This document shows, piece by piece, positions 18,055 through 28,222 of a DNA stretch of 64,000 nucleotides. The stretch's first letter is position 1. Every line of letters begins with the position of its first letter. Made by a program: the position numbers and the translations under genes. Where the stretch lies: positions 837,093 to 901,092 of the forward strand of contig CAVZMH010000016.1 of assembly GCA_963776345.1 (NCBI GenBank), given 5' to 3'. The notes beneath the pieces were generated by a model that did no database searches, was not told the origin of the DNA, and saw only the letters and a list, made by a program, of their open reading frames with translations. This stretch comes from an uncultured delta proteobacterium (GTDB taxonomy: Bacteria > Myxococcota > Myxococcia > Myxococcales > Myxococcaceae).

Positions 18055-20343
18055 CTACACCGCCGAGCTCCGGGCCTCGGACAGGTACCTCCGGGCGACG
18101 CGGTCGTCCGGACGGGCACCGAGCACCGCCTGGAACCCGGCCTCGGCCTCCGACACCCGCCGGGCGGCGAGGGCGTCCACCGCCGCCTCGAACTGCGCGA
18201 TCATCGCCTGCTCCTCGGCCGTGGGGAGCCGGAGCGCCATCAGCTCCCACACCCGCACCGGCTCCGACCGTCCGCGCAGGCGGAGCGACCCCAGCCGGCG
18301 GCCAGTGGCCTGGGAGGCGATGCGCTTCCAGGTGTCTTCCGACACCATGACGTTGGTGTGGAAGAGCTTGTTCGCCCCCTCGAGCCGCGAGGCCATGTTC
18401 ACCGCGTCGCCCATCACCGTGTAGTCGAAGCGCACGTCCGACCCCATGTTCCCGACCACCATCGGACCGGAGTTGATGCCCACGCCGATGTCGATGTCCG
18501 GCAGGCCCTCGGCGCGCCAGCGGGGGCGCAGCTGCTCCAGCTCCTCGAGGAAGCGCAGCGCGGTACGGCAGGCCCGGAGGGCGTGGTCCTCCTGGGGCAC
18601 CGGCGCGCCCCAGAAGGCCATCAGCGCGTCGCCGATGTACTTGTCCAGGGTGCCGCCCTCGTCGAAGACGATGCGGCTCATCGGCGAGAGGTAGCCGTTG
18701 ATGAACTTCACCAGCGCCTCGGGGGCCATGGCCTCCGACATGGCGGTGAAGCCGCGGATGTCGCTGAAGAGCACCGTGCAGTCGCGCTTCTCGCCGCCCA
18801 GCCGGAGCAGCTCGGGGTGCTCGAGCATCTCGGTCATCACGCTCTCCGCCACGTAGTAGCGGAAGGTGCGCCGGAGCCGGGCCTTCTCCCGGTCGGTGGA
18901 CAGGTAGCCGACGAACACCACCGCGAAGGCCACCAGGAAGACGTTGGCCAGCGGCAGCGCCGAGGCCAGCACCACGCCGCGGCGAAGCGCGAGCTGCACC
19001 AGGAGCAGCCACCCCACGGCCAGGGCGAGCGGCACCGCCACCTTGAGCCACGGCGAGGCGCGCGGGAGCACCAGGCCGAGCAGCAGGCCCACTCCGAGGA
19101 GGAAGACCAGCTCGGCCAGCACCGCGCCCGTCCCGCGCTGGAGGAAACGGCCGGAGAGGATGCTGGAGAGCATCGCCGCGTGGGCGTAGATGCCGGCCTC
19201 GAGGTTGCGGAACGGGGTCACCACCTGGTCGTACTGGCCGACCAGCGTCACCCCGACCAGCACCACCTTCCCCCGCAGCGCGTCCTCCGGGAGCTTCCGG
19301 TCCACGACGTCGGCGAGCGAGACGGTGTGGAACACCTCCGCCGGCCCCGGGTAGTCGATGCGGGTCCTGGGGCGCTTGAGCGACAGCGGCACCGTGCGGA
19401 TCGCCTGGCCGTCACGCCGGAGCCGCGCCGCCACCAGCTGGCCGAGCTCGGGGTCCCAGACCGGCTCGACCGCCGCGCCGAGCGCGATGGCCGCGGTCTG
19501 CAGCTCGAGCGAGGGGAGCAGCCCCGGCGGGTGCTCGAGCTGCACGAACGGCGGGGTGAGCCGCACCACCCCGTCGTCGTCCCGCAGCACGTTGAAGTGG
19601 CCCAGCGCCTGGCCGGGCGGGAGGAGGCGGGGGAGCGGCACCTGCGCCGAGACGAAGCGCTCGGCGATGCTCCGGTCGAGCGGGACCTCGAAGAAGGACT
19701 TCCCGGACGGGCCCGGGAAACGGGTCAGCATCCGGGTGCCGAGCAGCGACTCGGCGACCTCGCGCTGCGCGAGGTAGTCCTGCGCCTCGCCGCTCCCGTA
19801 CGCCGACACGCCCTGCACCAGCTCCGGGGCGTCGGCCAGCGCCCGGGCCAGCGCCGCGTCACCGCTGCCGGCCGCCCGGGCCTGGAGCGTGGCGAGCACG
19901 GGGGTGAAGGGCAGCCGGGACGACTCGGGCAGCCCGGCGAGGGCGCGGCCGAGCGCCTCGGCGGCCTCGCTCATGACCGCGGCATCCGAGCCCCGGTCCT
20001 CGTCGGTGAAGGTGATGTCGAGCCCGATGGCCGCCGGTCCGGCCTCGTGGAGCCGGCTCACCGCCCGGCCCAGCAGCTCCCGGCTCCAGGGCCAGCGGCC
20101 GTAGCGCTGCACCGAGCGCTCGTCGATGGCCGCCACCACCACGTCCGGGTGCGGACGGCGAACGCCGCGGGCCCACATCTGGAGGTCGGAGGCGCGGCCC
20201 TCCAGCGCCGAGACGACGCGCAGCATGGCGGCCACCGGGCCGGCGCGGGCGCCCGCCTGCCGGCCATCGGTGGCCCAGTGGAGCAGGGCCAGGGCCGTGG
20301 CGACGGCGAGCCCCACCAGCTCGTAACGGCGACGGCTCAGCAC
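18055..20343 (-). CDS. CHASE2-domain class III adenylate/guanylate cyclase
   Basis: GRWPWSR CHASE2 motif, three TM helices, VLFSDIRGFT, DKYIGDA, YTVMGDAVNMASRLEG. Confidence 0.93.
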   Translation of the reverse strand: MLSRRRYELVGLAVATALALLHWATDGRQAGARAGPVAAMLRVVSALEGRASDLQMWARGVRRPHPDVVVAAIDERSVQRYGRWPWSRELLGRAVSRLHEAGPAAIGLDITFTDEDRGSDAAVMSEAAEALGRALAGLPESSRLPFTPVLATLQARAAGSGDAALARALADAPELVQGVSAYGSGEAQDYLAQREVAESLLGTRMLTRFPGPSGKSFFEVPLDRSIAERFVSAQVPLPRLLPPGQALGHFNVLRDDDGVVRLTPPFVQLEHPPGLLPSLELQTAAIALGAAVEPVWDPELGQLVAARLRRDGQAIRTVPLSLKRPRTRIDYPGPAEVFHTVSLADVVDRKLPEDALRGKVVLVGVTLVGQYDQVVTPFRNLEAGIYAHAAMLSSILSGRFLQRGTGAVLAELVFLLGVGLLLGLVLPRASPWLKVAVPLALAVGWLLLVQLALRRGVVLASALPLANVFLVAFAVVFVGYLSTDREKARLRRTFRYYVAESVMTEMLEHPELLRLGGEKRDCTVLFSDIRGFTAMSEAMAPEALVKFINGYLSPMSRIVFDEGGTLDKYIGDALMAFWGAPVPQEDHALRACRTALRFLEELEQLRPRWRAEGLPDIDIGVGINSGPMVVGNMGSDVRFDYTVMGDAVNMASRLEGANKLFHTNVMVSEDTWKRIASQATGRRLGSLRLRGRSEPVRVWELMALRLPTAEEQAMIAQFEAAVDALAARRVSEAEAGFQAVLGARPDDRVARRYLSEARSSAV

Positions 20344-20435
20344 GAGCCGCCAAGCCTACGACCGGGCGGGGGGCGAGGGGCAAGTGCAGGGCGCTCGTCG
20401 GCGTGGTTCAGATCGCGTAGAAGAGCCGCCGGCCC

Positions 20436-21470
20436 ATGGGACTCACCTACAAGGACGCGGGCGTCGACATCGAGGCGGGTGACGCACTGGTGGAGCGGAT
20501 CAAGCCGCTCGCCGCCCGCACCCTCCGTCCGGAGGTCGTCTCGGGAGTCGGCGGCTTCGGCGGCCTCTTCGCCATTCCCCCGGGGAGGTACCGGGAGCCG
20601 GTGCTGGTCTCGGGCACCGACGGGGTGGGCACCAAGCTGAACATCGCCCTCGCCGCGGGGAAGCACGACACGGTGGGCATCGACCTGGTGGCGATGAGCG
20701 TCAACGACGTGCTGACCTCCGGCGCCGAGCCGCTCTTCTTCCTCGACTACCTCGCCACCGGCCGGCTCGACGTGGCGCAGGCCGCCGAGGTGGTGAAGGG
20801 CATCGCCGAGGGGTGCGCCCGGGCCGGCTGCACCCTGCTCGGGGGCGAGACCGCCGAGCACCCCGGCGCGCACGGCGACGGCTACGACCTCGCCGGCTTC
20901 TGCGTGGGCATCGTGGAGCGCTCCCGCATCCTCACCGGAGCGTCGATTCGCCCGGGCGATGCGCTGGTGGGGCTCGCGAGCAGCGGCGTCCACTCCAACG
21001 GGTTCAGCCTGGTGCGCCGCATCCTCTCCGACGCGCGGGTGGCGCTCGACAGCCGGCCGCCCGAGCTCGGCGGGAAGGCCGTCTCGGAGGTGCTGCTCGA
21101 GCCGACCCGCATCTACGTGAAGGACGTGCTCGCGCTGCTCGAGGCGGTGGAGGTCCGGGGGCTGAGCCACATCACGGGGAGCGGGCTCCCGGGCAACGTG
21201 CCCCGCTGCCTCCCGAACGGGACGCGGGCGGTGCTGGAGGCGCGGCGCTGGCCCCGGCCGGCGGTGTTCGACTGGCTGCAGCGGCTCGGCGGCGTCTCGG
21301 ACGCGGAGATGGACTCCACCTTCAACATCGGGCTGGGGATGGTGGCGGTGGTGCCCCCGGCCGCGGTCGAGAAGGCGCTCTCGTTCCTCGCCGGGCGTGG
21401 GGTGCCGGCCTGGGAGGTGGGCAAGGTGGAGGCGTCCTCGGGCGAGCCGACGGCGGTCGTCGTCCGGTGA
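20436..21470 (+). CDS. purM: Phosphoribosylformylglycinamidine cyclo-ligase
   Basis: YKDAGVDI, GTDGVGTK, GGETAE, SSGVHSNG, HITGSG. Confidence 0.97.
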   Translation: MGLTYKDAGVDIEAGDALVERIKPLAARTLRPEVVSGVGGFGGLFAIPPGRYREPVLVSGTDGVGTKLNIALAAGKHDTVGIDLVAMSVNDVLTSGAEPLFFLDYLATGRLDVAQAAEVVKGIAEGCARAGCTLLGGETAEHPGAHGDGYDLAGFCVGIVERSRILTGASIRPGDALVGLASSGVHSNGFSLVRRILSDARVALDSRPPELGGKAVSEVLLEPTRIYVKDVLALLEAVEVRGLSHITGSGLPGNVPRCLPNGTRAVLEARRWPRPAVFDWLQRLGGVSDAEMDSTFNIGLGMVAVVPPAAVEKALSFLAGRGVPAWEVGKVEASSGEPTAVVVR

Positions 21471-22123
21471 GCGGCGCGCGGGTGGCGGTGCTGGTCTCGG
21501 GCTCGGGCACCAACCTCCAGTCCCTGCTCGACGCGGCGGCGGCACCGGGCTACCCGGCCCGCATCGCAGTGGTGGTCTCCAACGTCCCGGGCGTCCGCGC
21601 GCTCGAGCGGGCCGAGGCGGCGGGCGTCCCCACCCGGGTGCTGCCCCACCAGGGGTACCCGGACCGGGCGGCGTACGACCGGGCGCTGGTCGAGGTCATC
21701 GCGCCGTTCTCCTGCACCATCGCCTGCCTCGCCGGCTTCATGCGGCTGGTCGGCCCGACCTTCCTCCGCGGCTTCCCCGGCGGGGTGCTCAACGTGCACC
21801 CTGCCCTGCTCCCGAGCTTCCCCGGCCTGCACGCCCATCGGCAGGCGCTGGAGCACGGGGTGAAGGTGACCGGCTGCACCGTGCACCTGGTCGACGAGGG
21901 CACCGACACCGGCCCCATCGTGGCGCAGGCCGCGGTGCCGGTGCTGGACGGCGACACCGAGGAGTCGCTGCAGCGACGGATCCAGGAGCAGGAGCACCGG
22001 CTCTTCCCGCTCGCGCTCGGGCTGCTCGCCGCGGGACGCCTGCGGATCGAGGGCCGGCGGGTGCACGTGGCCGGGGGCGCGCCCGAGGCGCTGGGGCTGG
22101 CGCTGGTCAACCCGGGGCACTAG
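21467..22123 (+). CDS. purN: Phosphoribosylglycinamide formyltransferase
   Basis: VLVSGSGTNLQ, LAGFMR, NVHPALLPSFPG, GCTVH, DTGPI; GTG overlaps the purM stop. Confidence 0.97.
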   Translation: MSGARVAVLVSGSGTNLQSLLDAAAAPGYPARIAVVVSNVPGVRALERAEAAGVPTRVLPHQGYPDRAAYDRALVEVIAPFSCTIACLAGFMRLVGPTFLRGFPGGVLNVHPALLPSFPGLHAHRQALEHGVKVTGCTVHLVDEGTDTGPIVAQAAVPVLDGDTEESLQRRIQEQEHRLFPLALGLLAAGRLRIEGRRVHVAGGAPEALGLALVNPGH

Positions 22124-23619
22124 TGCCGACGCTGCCCCCACGTCCGCGGATCGCGCCGGGGCCCTCGCGCCACGTCTATGACGTGCTGGTGCTCGGGGCC
22201 GAGCTCGGGGGCGCGCTGGCCGCGGCGCTGCTCGCCAAGCGGGGGCTCCGTGTCCTCTGGGCGGAGCACGCCCAGCTCGCGCCGGGGTACGAGCACGACG
22301 GCTTCCTCTTCTCCTCGCCGCCCCACCTCGTCCCGCCGTTCCGGATGTGGCCGATGGTGGAGAGCGGCTTCACCGAGCTCGGGCTGACCACCGTGTTCCA
22401 GCGGGCGCTGAAGCCCATCGGCCCCTGGCAGATCGTCCTGCCGCGGCACCGCCTCGACCTCCCGGTCGATGCGACGCGGCGCCTCGCCGAGGTGCAGCGC
22501 GAGTTCGGCACCGGAGGGAGCCGGGTCGCCGAGACGCTCACCGCGCTCACGGCGATGCCCGAGGCGTCGGACCCCTTCTTCCGCTTCCTCGACGACTTCT
22601 CGCCGGGCGGCTGGCTCGAACGCTTCCGGCTCCGGCGGAGGGCGGCGAAGGTGGAGGGGCTCACCCGGCCCTCGCCGCTGTCCCCGGACGAGCCGCTCGA
22701 GGCGCTGCTGACCGGCGCGGTGCCCTTCCTGGTGCAGCAGGAGCCGCCCGGGCCGCTGGCGACGACGCGGGTCCTCGCCCAGCTGCTCAAGGCGCCGCTG
22801 CGCCTCCCCGGTGGACGCGAGGGGCTGCGGGAGACGCTGGGGCGCCGCTTCGCCGAGCTGGGCGGGACGATGCTTCCTCAAGAAGGCCTCGTCGGCCGGG
22901 CGGTGGACGGCATCGACTTCGAGGGGCCGCAGGTCACGCTGCGCGTGCGCGGCGCCGAGGCGGTGTACCGGGCGCAGTGGCTGGTGGCGGCGATGAACCC
23001 GGGGCTCCTGGCCGGGCTGCTCCCGGAGGAGGGCCCGGGGAAGAAGCTGGCCGAGCACCTCGGGGGGCTCGTGCCGAGACGGCTGGTGCTCACCGTGCAC
23101 TGGGTGCTCCCGGAGAAGGTGCTGCCGCGCGGGATGGGAGACCTGGTCCTGATGGACGGGGGTCAGAGCGGGCCGGTGTGGATCCAGGTGCAGGCCACGA
23201 GGCGGCCGGGGGCGCGGGGCGAGGAGGAGTCGCTCCGGACGGTGAGCGCGTCGGCGTTGGTGGGCTCGGGGGTGCGGGACGCGGGCGAGTCGGGCCTGCG
23301 GCTCCCCGCGGCGGGGGTGGAGCGGGCGCTGGAGTCGCTGATGCCCTTCTCGGTGGCGCAGCGGGTGGCGCGCTCCGTTCCGCTGGTGGATGGGCCGGGG
23401 GCGCTGGCCGGCGCCGGGCCGCAGCTCATCTACGGGGCGGTGGAGGGGTCGCCGACCGGGCTCGAGGGCCTGGGCGTCCGGACACCGGCCAAGCACGTGC
23501 TCTTCGCCGGGCGGGAGGCGGTGCTCGGGGTGGGGCTCGAGGGGGAGCTCCTCGCCGGGGCCCGGGCGGCGGCCGTGGTGCACGAGGCGGTACGGAAGCG
23601 GGATCCCCTGAAAAGGTAG
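22123..23619 (+). CDS. Phytoene-desaturase-like FAD-dependent oxidoreductase (degenerate Rossmann motif)
   Basis: [28 protein letters not shown]-terminus; C-terminal [15 protein letters not shown]. Confidence 0.65.
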   Translation: MPTLPPRPRIAPGPSRHVYDVLVLGAELGGALAAALLAKRGLRVLWAEHAQLAPGYEHDGFLFSSPPHLVPPFRMWPMVESGFTELGLTTVFQRALKPIGPWQIVLPRHRLDLPVDATRRLAEVQREFGTGGSRVAETLTALTAMPEASDPFFRFLDDFSPGGWLERFRLRRRAAKVEGLTRPSPLSPDEPLEALLTGAVPFLVQQEPPGPLATTRVLAQLLKAPLRLPGGREGLRETLGRRFAELGGTMLPQEGLVGRAVDGIDFEGPQVTLRVRGAEAVYRAQWLVAAMNPGLLAGLLPEEGPGKKLAEHLGGLVPRRLVLTVHWVLPEKVLPRGMGDLVLMDGGQSGPVWIQVQATRRPGARGEEESLRTVSASALVGSGVRDAGESGLRLPAAGVERALESLMPFSVAQRVARSVPLVDGPGALAGAGPQLIYGAVEGSPTGLEGLGVRTPAKHVLFAGREAVLGVGLEGELLAGARAAAVVHEAVRKRDPLKR

Positions 23620-23696
23620 GACCGGGCGGTCCGAGTGGCGCTCGGCCCCGGTTTCGGCTACACAGCCCCGCTTCGTCCGTCGAGGAGTGCCTGGCA

Positions 23697-23888
23697 ATGG
23701 CCTGGAAGTGCGACATCTGTGGCAAGCGCCCGCTGGTCGGGAACAAGGTGAGCCACGCCAACAACAAGTCCAAGACGCGGTCCCTGCCCAATCTGCAGAA
23801 GCTCCGGGCGACCGTGGATGGGCGGACCCAGCGCGTCCTGGCCTGCACCCGCTGCATCAAGGCGGGCAAGGTCACCAAGGCGGCCTGA
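23697..23888 (+). CDS. rpmB: 50S ribosomal protein L28 (Zn-binding form)
   Basis: [10 protein letters not shown]...[10 protein letters not shown]...PNLQ...CTRCIK. Confidence 0.97.
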   Translation: MAWKCDICGKRPLVGNKVSHANNKSKTRSLPNLQKLRATVDGRTQRVLACTRCIKAGKVTKAA

Positions 23889-23954
23889 GGGCGGAAACCG
23901 AGCGGGGCACTCGGCCCTTGCTTGCCCTCGCGGCGCGCACCGCTGGTAACTCCG

Positions 23955-24872
23955 ATGCGCGTCGCTCTGCTCTTCATCGACGGCGTCGGGGTCGGGGTCC
24001 CGGATCCCGACTTCAATCCGCTCGCGCGCGGCGAGTGGCTCCTCTCTCAGTTCGACGACGGGAGCGGGACCGCGTTGCCGGGCGGAGCGCGCACGCTGCT
24101 GGAGACGACGTTCGGAGTCCCCGGCCGGCCGCAGTCCGCGACCAACCAGACGGCCATCCTGACCGGTGAGCCGGCGCCGCGGCTGGTCGGGCGGCACGTG
24201 CTCGGGTTCCCGGACGCGGCGCTCCGGGAGATTCTCCTCCGCGCCTCGGTGGTGAAGCGGCTGGTGGGCTCGGGACGCCGGGCGACGTTCGTGAACGGGT
24301 ACCCCGGCGCCTACCTGACGGCGCTCGGCCTGCCGCACGCGCCGGCGCGGGAGCCGGAGGTGGAGATCCCCGAGCGCGCGCGGCGCCGGCTCCGGCCGTC
24401 GTCGACGACGCTGGCCTTCGCCGCGGGCGAGGTCCCGCTGCGGACGCTGGACCAGCTCCGGGCGGGCGAGGCGCTGTCGCACGACGTGACGGGGGCGCGG
24501 GGGCGGGCGCGGGGGTTCGACGTGCCGCTGCGGACGCCGGACGAGTCGGCGGAGATCTTCTGGCGGGCGGCGGAGGGCGTGGACTTCACCCTGTTCGAGC
24601 ACTTCCTCGCCGACGAGGCGGGGCACGCCCGCGACATGGCGCTGGCCGAGTCGTCGCTCGAGACGTTCGACGCCTTCGCCCGGGCGGTGGTGCGGCGGCG
24701 GCCGGTGGACGCTCGGGTGCTGGTGTGCAGCGACCACGGAAACGTGGAGGACCTCCGGATCCGGAACCACACCCTGGCGCCGGTGGCGCTCCTCTCCTTC
24801 CCGCCGCTCGAGGGCCGGGCGCCGGAGACGGTGGCCGACGTGGCGGGGCTGATCGCCGGAGTCGGCGGGTGA
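23955..24872 (+). CDS. Alkaline-phosphatase-superfamily metalloenzyme (phosphopentomutase-like)
   Basis: FIDGVG, PQSATNQT, DEAGH, SDHGNVED. Confidence 0.8.
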   Translation: MRVALLFIDGVGVGVPDPDFNPLARGEWLLSQFDDGSGTALPGGARTLLETTFGVPGRPQSATNQTAILTGEPAPRLVGRHVLGFPDAALREILLRASVVKRLVGSGRRATFVNGYPGAYLTALGLPHAPAREPEVEIPERARRRLRPSSTTLAFAAGEVPLRTLDQLRAGEALSHDVTGARGRARGFDVPLRTPDESAEIFWRAAEGVDFTLFEHFLADEAGHARDMALAESSLETFDAFARAVVRRRPVDARVLVCSDHGNVEDLRIRNHTLAPVALLSFPPLEGRAPETVADVAGLIAGVGG

Positions 24873-25717
24873 GACGGTCGCACCGGCCGCTCGCGCTCAC
24901 CGCGGTCCTCACTCTCGGGTGGACCGGCTGCGTGACGCCGCGGAGCGATGGCCCGGACGCCCTGGTGACGGACGCCGGGACGATCCGTCTCGAGTTCGTG
25001 GAGTGGAACGAGTCGACGTCCGATCTCCTGAAGGAGGCCGTTCCGGCGGCGGCCAAGGTGCTGTCGCGGTGGGGCGGGCTGAGCGAGCCGGTGCGGATCA
25101 CGGTGGTGAACTCGCGCTGGGAGCTCGACGAGGCCGTCGGCCGGAAGATTCCCGGCATCTCGGCCTGGGCGCGGCGGAACCAGGTCCTGCTCTGGGACCC
25201 GCGCTGGTGGCCGATGCCGCCGGGCGTGGAGCAGGCGCCGGCGCTGGCCGCCCGGGTGCGGAGGACGCAGCTCACCGAGCTCCTGGAGCACGAGCTCACC
25301 CACTGCCTGATGTTCCAGCGGTCGGGGGGCTCACCGTCGGACCCGCGGGACCGGATCCCCTTCTGGTTCCGCGAGGGGATGGCAACGGTGACCGCCGGAG
25401 AGGGCGCGCAGTGGCCGCCTCCCGAGTCGCTCTCGCAGTGGCTCGCCGCCCATCCCGGCGTCGACCTGCTTCGCGACGCGTCCCAGCTCGTGCGGACCGA
25501 TCCGGCCGTGGCCTACGGCGCCGCCCACAACGGCTTCGACTTCCTGGTCCGCCGCCACGGCGACGCGACGGTGCTCCGCGTGCTCGAGCGGATGCGCGCC
25601 CAGGACGGATTCCCCGAGGCGTTCCGCGATGTGGTGGGCGTCAGCGTCGAGTCGTTCGGCACGGACTTCCGGCGGTACCTCGGCTGGAGGGGCTTCCTGC
25701 CGGCCACGGCTCCCTGA
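24869..25717 (+). CDS. Peptidase MA-like (HExxH) lipoprotein
   Basis: Lipobox-like WTGC, HELTH, PFWFREGMA. Confidence 0.75.
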   Translation: MRRSHRPLALTAVLTLGWTGCVTPRSDGPDALVTDAGTIRLEFVEWNESTSDLLKEAVPAAAKVLSRWGGLSEPVRITVVNSRWELDEAVGRKIPGISAWARRNQVLLWDPRWWPMPPGVEQAPALAARVRRTQLTELLEHELTHCLMFQRSGGSPSDPRDRIPFWFREGMATVTAGEGAQWPPPESLSQWLAAHPGVDLLRDASQLVRTDPAVAYGAAHNGFDFLVRRHGDATVLRVLERMRAQDGFPEAFRDVVGVSVESFGTDFRRYLGWRGFLPATAP

Positions 25718-25727
25718 GACCGGACGC

Positions 25728-27446
25728 TCAGCGCGCCTCGGCCCGCTGGGTCGGCTCGCTCGCGGGGCTGGGGAGCAGCGGCGGGCGGTCGCGGCCCTCC
25801 ACCACCCGCTGCAGCTCGATCTCCCGGAGCAGGGTCGGCGGCGCCACGGTGGACACCGGCACGTTCCCGCTCTCGGCCCCGCAGAAGCCGTTGAACACGC
25901 CCTGCGTCTTCCCGGTGGCGACGATCTTGCTCACCGCCGACAGGGGCGTCCCCACCACCTCCACCCCGCGGACCAGCGTCTCCTTCCCGTCACGCGCGTC
26001 CACCCGGTACACCAGCCGGGGGATGCCCTTGAACGCCTGGTAGCCGAAGCTCGAGGTGTTGGTGTTGCCCCCCTGGATGTCGCGGATGATGAGGCCGTAG
26101 GGCTTGCCCTGGCGCTTGGCCTCGGCGATCAGCATTCGCTTCAGCTCGGCGTCGCTCACCTGGTTGGTGGACGAGGCGATGAGGTTCGCCATCCGCGCCA
26201 CCGGCCTCCGGTTCCCCTGCGCTCGCCCGTGCCCGTTGCTCTTGAGGAAGCCGTCCACCGGGTGCCGGGAGACGAGGAAGCTCCGCAACACCCCCGCCTC
26301 GACCAGCGGGACGCGCTGGGCGGGGATGCCCTCGTCGTCGTACCGGTAGAACCCGTTCAGCGACTTCCCACCCAGCGAGGCCAGGGTGGGGTCGTCGACG
26401 ATGCTGATGAAGGGCGGAAGCACCGCCCGGCCGATCTGCCCCTTGTAGGTCTTGCCCTCGGCGTCGTTGTCCATCCGGTCGCCCTCGAGCCGGTGGCCCA
26501 CCGCCTCGTGGAACAGCACCCCCGCGGCCTCGGCCTCGAGGATGGCCGGACCGGTGTACGGGTCGATGGCCGGCGCGGCCCGGAGCGCGAGGAGCTCCTG
26601 GATGAGCGACTCGGCGTCCTTCATCAGCCGGTCGTCGGTCGGCAGCTCCGCCTCGCGGAACCCGTAGTAGTCGCGCGAGTCGTCGAGCAGCTGTCCGTCG
26701 TCGGCCCGGGTCACCGCGTAGAGGTGGACCCCGTAGAAGGCCTGCTCGGTGACGATCCGCGAGCCCTCCGAGTTGACGAAGTAGCGGACCTCCTTGTCGG
26801 CGGTGACCCGCACGTCGGTGTCGAAGATCTTCCCCGCCTCGTTGAACCGGGCCGACACCTTCCGCACCAGCGCCGTCCACCGCGCCTGGTCGAAGGTGTA
26901 GCTGACCGCGGGGCCGACGTAGGAGCTCGGCTGCTCGCGGCTGAAGCTGGGCGGCTTCTTCGGGTCGTCCACCACGTAGACCGCCTCCCCCTTCTTCTTG
27001 AGGAGGTTGAAGAGGCCGCCCTTGTACTTCTCGTCGGTGATGAGCCACAGCGCGGTGCGGAGCGCGGTGAGGTCGTCGTCGAGCGGCGCCTCCTTGCGCG
27101 TGGTGTAGCTGGTCCCCTTGAGCGAGAAGTTGAAGTCGAACTCCTCGTTGATCGAGTTGTCCTGCTCGTGGGTGCCCACCCGGACGTCGGCGAAGACCCG
27201 GCGGTCGCGGTTGGTCGAGTCGTCGAAGAGCGCGCCGTAGCGGGCGGCGACGTAGGCCTGGGTGAGGTCCTTCACCGCATAGCTGATGAAGTACGGCGGC
27301 GGGTTCTCGCCGAGCTTGAGGCGGGTGCGGTTGCGTTCCAGCTCCTCGCTCATCGCGGCGAGGATGGAGAGGCGCGGGTCGGGGGACGAGGGCGGCGGCG
27401 CCGCGGTGAGCGCGGAGGCCAGGACGGAGGCGAGCAGGAGCGACAT
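25728..27446 (-). CDS. TldD/PmbA family metallopeptidase with signal peptide
   Basis: FHEAVGHRLE, DDPT...YDDEG, SNGHGR, RMANL, GFCGAESG; start MSLLLASVL. Confidence 0.88.
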   Translation of the reverse strand: MSLLLASVLASALTAAPPPSSPDPRLSILAAMSEELERNRTRLKLGENPPPYFISYAVKDLTQAYVAARYGALFDDSTNRDRRVFADVRVGTHEQDNSINEEFDFNFSLKGTSYTTRKEAPLDDDLTALRTALWLITDEKYKGGLFNLLKKKGEAVYVVDDPKKPPSFSREQPSSYVGPAVSYTFDQARWTALVRKVSARFNEAGKIFDTDVRVTADKEVRYFVNSEGSRIVTEQAFYGVHLYAVTRADDGQLLDDSRDYYGFREAELPTDDRLMKDAESLIQELLALRAAPAIDPYTGPAILEAEAAGVLFHEAVGHRLEGDRMDNDAEGKTYKGQIGRAVLPPFISIVDDPTLASLGGKSLNGFYRYDDEGIPAQRVPLVEAGVLRSFLVSRHPVDGFLKSNGHGRAQGNRRPVARMANLIASSTNQVSDAELKRMLIAEAKRQGKPYGLIIRDIQGGNTNTSSFGYQAFKGIPRLVYRVDARDGKETLVRGVEVVGTPLSAVSKIVATGKTQGVFNGFCGAESGNVPVSTVAPPTLLREIELQRVVEGRDRPPLLPSPASEPTQRAEAR

Positions 27447-27505
27447 GGAGGAGACTCCCGAGCCTAGCAGGGGCTCCGGGTCCGCTGCGCACGCCCGCCC
27501 GGCGT

Positions 27506-28222
27506 TCAGCCTTCCTGCCGGGAGTCCTCGAGCATCGACGCCCCCGGGTCGGCGCCGGACAGCGCCTCTCCCCACCACTCGACCGGCCAGCCCCGGCGCT
27601 CTGCCTCGCGCCGCAACCGCGGGTCGGGATTCACCACCACCGGGTGGCCGATGTGCTCCAGGACCGGGAGATCGGAGTAGCTGTCGGTGTAGAACCAGCA
27701 GTCGGCGAGCGACGCGTCGCGCTGCCGGGCGTAGGCCTCGGCGTACCCGAGCTTGCCGGCGCCGAAGCAGAGGCTCCCCACCGAGCGTCCGGTGTGCGCC
27801 CCGTCCTCGTCCACCTCGAAGCGGTTGCAGAGCACGTCGTCGAAGCCCAGCTCCTCGGCCACCAGCTCGGAGAGGTACAGCGACGAGGCGGTGAGCAGCA
27901 CGATGGCGTCGCCGCGGGTCCGGTGCCGCTCGAGCGCCGGGCGCGCCCCGGTGCGGTAGAGCATCCGGACCTCGGTCTCGTAGAAGGCGCGGGTCCGCGC
28001 GCGGAGCACCTGCTCGCTCTGCCCGCGCAGCGAGCCGATGGCGGTGCGCAGGGCGTCGTCCATGGAGGCCCAGCCCAGCTTGTAGCGGAGCATCCACACC
28101 GCGGCCCGGAGGAACTGGGTCCGGGAGATGTTCCCCTCCTTCAGCTCGCGGCGGATCCACAGCCGGCCGGAGTTGCCGACGATCAGCGTCTCGTCGAAGT
28201 CGAAGAAGGCGATGGCCGGCAT
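27506..28222 (-). CDS. HAD-IB family hydrolase (PSPase-like)
   Basis: MPAIAFFDFDETL motif I, LLTAS, CFGAGK, FYTDSYSDLPVL, VNPDPRL; ATG overlaps upstream TGA. Confidence 0.88.
   Translation of the reverse strand: MPAIAFFDFDETLIVGNSGRLWIRRELKEGNISRTQFLRAAVWMLRYKLGWASMDDALRTAIGSLRGQSEQVLRARTRAFYETEVRMLYRTGARPALERHRTRGDAIVLLTASSLYLSELVAEELGFDDVLCNRFEVDEDGAHTGRSVGSLCFGAGKLGYAEAYARQRDASLADCWFYTDSYSDLPVLEHIGHPVVVNPDPRLRREAERRGWPVEWWGEALSGADPGASMLEDSRQEG

Noticed and set aside
9936..20640. Very long plus-strand ORFs 9936..13094, 13055..16360 and 17530..20640
   Set aside because: Antisense shadows of well-supported minus-strand genes in high-GC DNA; Arg/Gly/Pro-rich with no motifs
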